From positions 113,504 to 177,503 of the forward strand of contig CANHGM010000002.1 of assembly GCA_947460345.1 (NCBI GenBank): a DNA stretch of 64,000 bases, read 5' to 3'. This stretch comes from Bacteroidota bacterium. Lineage in GTDB: Bacteria; Bacteroidota; Bacteroidia; UKL13-3. Shown piece after piece: positions 60,900 to 64,000 of this stretch. The position numbers and the translations under genes are program-made. Within the stretch, counting starts at the first letter, position 1. Each line of letters begins with the position of its first letter. The notes under the pieces were generated by a model, which had not been told where the DNA came from, made no database searches, and saw only the letters and a program-made list of their open reading frames with translations.

Positions 60900-63221
60900 T
60901 TAGTTTTTCTGTATGATGATTTTCTTAGTTATGATATCTTGTGAAGTTTGAATTCTAATGAAATAAACGCCTTCAGGATATTTGCTCAAATCAATAGACT
61001 GCTTACCTTGATTCAATTTGCCAGTTAACACTTGTTGACCAGAAATATTAACTATATAATAATTGCTGTTTTCTATAGCCCAATCAATGGTTACTGATTC
61101 GTTTGCTGGGTTTGGATATATGTCTATATTGCTTTCGTTTATGCTGTTATTAATACCATTAAAGCAGTTAATAGTTTTTGTAAAGCAATATATTGTATCA
61201 CACAACTTACAAGTATCAGTTACTTTAACACATATATCATATGTTCCATTTTGAGTAATAGGGTAGTATATAGCCATTCCTTTACCTGCAAAGTTGTTGT
61301 TTACTTTCCATTCATATCTTAAGCAACTTGAACCTGAATTAAATGATATATATGCATTCACTGTTTTCTTAGTGGCATTACATGAATCCCAAACCATATT
61401 ATTCATTTGTCTATTACTCCAATTGCATCCGTTGCTACCACCTGAAAAACAAGTAATAGTTTTAGTACTACAAAAAACAGTATCACAGTTATTACAAGTA
61501 TCTGTTACTTTCACACAAATATTATAGCTGCCATTTTGTGTGATAGGATAATATATATATTGAGTTCCATTTCCAACTTTAATACCATTAATTGTAAATT
61601 GATATTTGTAACATTTAGCATTAGGTGAGTTGAAAGATACATAACCGTTTAATGTTTTTGAAGTATTGGTGCATGAGTCCCAGAATTTAGTATTAGGATA
61701 TCTGCTACTCCAGTTACAAGTATTGTTGTTTGAGATGCATGTTATAACTCTTTGACTACAGAATATAGTATCACAATTATTACATGTATCTGTTACTTTC
61801 ACACACACGCTGTAAGTGTCGTTTTTAGTAATATTATATTTGAATAAATTAGAGTTGATATTGGTAGGTACACCGTTTACTGTCCATTTATATATCAAAC
61901 AACTGGTATTAGAATTAAAAACTATATATGCATTTAGTGAATTTACTCCCACTTTACATGAATCCCAGAAAGTACTCCCAGGTCTTTTACTTTGCCAATT
62001 ACATGGAGTGCTATTAGAGAAACAACTAACAGTTCTTGTACTACAAAAAACTGTATCACAATTGTTGCAAGTGTCTGTTACTTTCACACATAAATTGTAA
62101 CTTCCATTTTGTGTTACAGGGTAATATATATTGTTTTTGTTGCTGCCAACATTGTTCCCATTTACAGTCCATTCATATCTGAAACAACTAGTTCCATAAT
62201 TGAATGGAATATAACCATTGATGGTTTTGGATGTTGTTGTACAAGAATCCCAAAATTTAGGAGTTGGGTATCTTGATTTCCAATTACAAGGGGTGTTATT
62301 AGAGAAACATGTAACAGATCTAGAACTACAAAATACTGTATCGCAATTATTACAAGTATCAATAACTTTTACACATAAGTTGTAATTTCCATTTTGTGTT
62401 ACAGGATAATTTATATATTGAGAATTATTTCCTACTTTAACACCATTCACAGCCCATTGATATATACAACAGCTTGCAAATGAAGCGTCAATTGTTATAA
62501 TGCCATTGATCGATTTTGAGGTATTTGTACATGAATCCCAAAAGCTTGCACTTGTTTTTCTACTTTTCCAATTACAAGTATTCCCGTTTGAAAAACATGT
62601 AACAGATCTAGAACTACAAAAAACTGTATCACAATTGTTGCAAGTGTCTGTTACTTTCACACATAAATTGTAACTTCCATTTTGTGTTACAGGGTAATAT
62701 ATATTGTTTTTGTTGCTGCCAACATTGTTTCCATTTACAGTCCATTGGTATTTGAAACAGCTAGTTCCATAATTGAATGGAATATAACCATTGATGGTTT
62801 TGGATGTTGTTGTACAAGAATCCCAAAATTTAGGAGTTGGGTATCTTGATTTCCAAATACATCCACTATTGCCACTTGAAATGCAAGTAATAATTCTTTG
62901 ACTACAGAAAATAGTATCACAATTGTTACAAGTGTCAATCACTTTTACACACACAATATATGTATCATTTTTGGTTATATTGTATTTGAAGATGTTTGAA
63001 GTATTGCTAGTAATAACTCCATTTACTGTCCATTTATATTTAAAACAGCTAGTACTTGTTTTAAAAGCTATATATGCGTTTAAAGAATTTGCTCCTACTT
63101 TACAAGAGTCCCAAAAGTTTGTTCCAATGCCTCGGCTTTTCCAATTGCATTGGGCTTCAGCAGGATTGTAGCTGGCAAAAGCTAACATTCCTAACAGTAG
63201 TAATAGTAAACATTTTTTCAT
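60900..63221 (-). CDS. T9SS type-A cargo with seven Cys-rich ~95-aa PKD/Ig-like repeats
   Basis: Signal peptide from MKKCLL; 7 x C.W.SR...WDSC...C..Y.W.VNG...CVKV.DTC..CDT..C.....C; CTD IYPNPA...GVYFIRI...KKIII. Confidence 0.85.
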   Translation of the reverse strand: MKKCLLLLLLGMLAFASYNPAEAQCNWKSRGIGTNFWDSCKVGANSLNAYIAFKTSTSCFKYKWTVNGVITSNTSNIFKYNITKNDTYIVCVKVIDTCNNCDTIFCSQRIITCISSGNSGCIWKSRYPTPKFWDSCTTTSKTINGYIPFNYGTSCFKYQWTVNGNNVGSNKNNIYYPVTQNGSYNLCVKVTDTCNNCDTVFCSSRSVTCFSNGNTCNWKSRKTSASFWDSCTNTSKSINGIITIDASFASCCIYQWAVNGVKVGNNSQYINYPVTQNGNYNLCVKVIDTCNNCDTVFCSSRSVTCFSNNTPCNWKSRYPTPKFWDSCTTTSKTINGYIPFNYGTSCFRYEWTVNGNNVGSNKNNIYYPVTQNGSYNLCVKVTDTCNNCDTVFCSTRTVSCFSNSTPCNWQSKRPGSTFWDSCKVGVNSLNAYIVFNSNTSCLIYKWTVNGVPTNINSNLFKYNITKNDTYSVCVKVTDTCNNCDTIFCSQRVITCISNNNTCNWSSRYPNTKFWDSCTNTSKTLNGYVSFNSPNAKCYKYQFTINGIKVGNGTQYIYYPITQNGSYNICVKVTDTCNNCDTVFCSTKTITCFSGGSNGCNWSNRQMNNMVWDSCNATKKTVNAYISFNSGSSCLRYEWKVNNNFAGKGMAIYYPITQNGTYDICVKVTDTCKLCDTIYCFTKTINCFNGINNSINESNIDIYPNPANESVTIDWAIENSNYYIVNISGQQVLTGKLNQGKQSIDLSKYPEGVYFIRIQTSQDIITKKIIIQKN
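62041..62856. repeat. Near-identical intragenic direct repeat (62041-62283 and 62614-62856)
   Basis: Two 243-bp copies at a 573-bp (191-codon) offset with about 5 mismatches by eye; they encode protein repeats 4 and 2. Confidence 0.9.
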
Positions 63222-63360
63222 TTTCGTATTTAGTTGATTGATCAATAACAAGACACAATAATAAGTTGAAGGTTGATAAAAATAATCAATAAAACTTTTA
63301 AAATGATTGAATTACAAATAAAACCTCATTAAAACAAGGCATTAGCGAATGGTAAAATTT

Positions 63361-64000
63361 TTATCTAATTAAAGTTGCAGTTCCAATAGTTGTAAAAGTT
63401 CCATTGGGCATTTTTTTGCCAGGCCAAATACTCCCGTCTATAAAAGTAGCATCAATTTTCCAAACATATACATCTTGTTTGCATGGATGCCCTTTCCAAG
63501 TTCCATCCCATCCATATTTGGGTCTGGTGTTTTCAAGTTCAGTGCTTTCCCATATGAGTTCACCCCATGTGGTAAATATTCTTATATGATAGGTCATCAA
63601 CCCAATACCTTTTGGTAAAAACAACCTAGAATCTCCCGTATTATCTTCAGGGGTAAAAGCATTAGGGACAAACAGACCTTTCATCAAATCTATGTGTAAA
63701 GGATGTTCTATAGTATCTGTACAATTTTTATCGCTAAATGCAAAAAGTTTTACAAAATAATCACCATGAAGATCATATCTATGCATAGGGTTGGTATCTG
63801 TGCTTAATTTTCCATCATCAAAATTCCAAAGGTATCTATCACTATAACTACTTACATTAGCAAATTGCACCATACCAGCATTTACTGTGCCTACAAAATT
63901 CCAATTAAATTCAGCTATAGGTTTTTGCCAAACATCAATATTTATTGTTTGAATGGTATCTCTACAGTTGCCATTTTCAATGGCTAATGTCACTTGATGT
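63361..64000 (-). CDS. PKD-domain protein with T9SS type-B (gliding-motility-associated) CTD, 3' end only
   Basis: PKD motif (YLWNFDDG...NP.H.Y...G.Y.V.L) and CTD FVPNAFTP...IF..WGE...GWDG...YVW...G...LIR. Runs off the window. Confidence 0.88.
   Translation of the reverse strand, partial: HQVTLAIENGNCRDTIQTINIDVWQKPIAEFNWNFVGTVNAGMVQFANVSSYSDRYLWNFDDGKLSTDTNPMHRYDLHGDYFVKLFAFSDKNCTDTIEHPLHIDLMKGLFVPNAFTPEDNTGDSRLFLPKGIGLMTYHIRIFTTWGELIWESTELENTRPKYGWDGTWKGHPCKQDVYVWKIDATFIDGSIWPGKKMPNGTFTTIGTATLIR

Noticed and set aside
60900-63251. Repeats as a CRISPR array or DGR template/variable pair
   Set aside because: The repeats are in-frame protein domains with no spacers, and there is no cas or reverse-transcriptase gene in the window.
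1-64000. tRNA, rRNA, IS, integrase or prophage genes
   Set aside because: None recognised by eye. tRNAscan-SE, Infernal and ISEScan would be needed to exclude them formally.

Overview
AT-rich chromosomal window from a Bacteroidota bacterium. This is supported by TAnnTTTG -7 promoters, the T9SS translocon sprA, T9SS cargo proteins, a MurF-Alr fusion, a SecDF fusion and an atp operon lacking atpD/atpC. Most of it is housekeeping: gcvH end, atpBEFHAG, murF-alr, thiolase, ruvA-sprA, rho, lysA, panD, lysS, photolyase, ald, secDF and dnaK. I found no rRNA, tRNA, CRISPR array or transposase by eye. The most striking element is a tightly coupled four-gene block at 10364-15585. It encodes a short SMC ATPase, a Toprim-type nuclease, a kleisin-like protein and a kite-like protein. 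It resembles Pseudomonas-type MksBEF plus an MksG/JetD-like nuclease, in a permuted order (jetC-D-A-B), and lies next to a decayed gene duplicate that may mark an insertion. Other candidates: a Cys-rich uORF ending in PP upstream of an MbnP/MbnH-like copper module; a CPxxC secreted protein paired with a TPR sensor that lacks its kinase ATPase domain; an uncalled 54-aa ORF inside an ECF sigma operon; a Rho with a Q/N-rich insert and a structured leader; and a T9SS cargo made of seven 8-Cys repeats. All family assignments come from motif recognition and memory, not from database searches.
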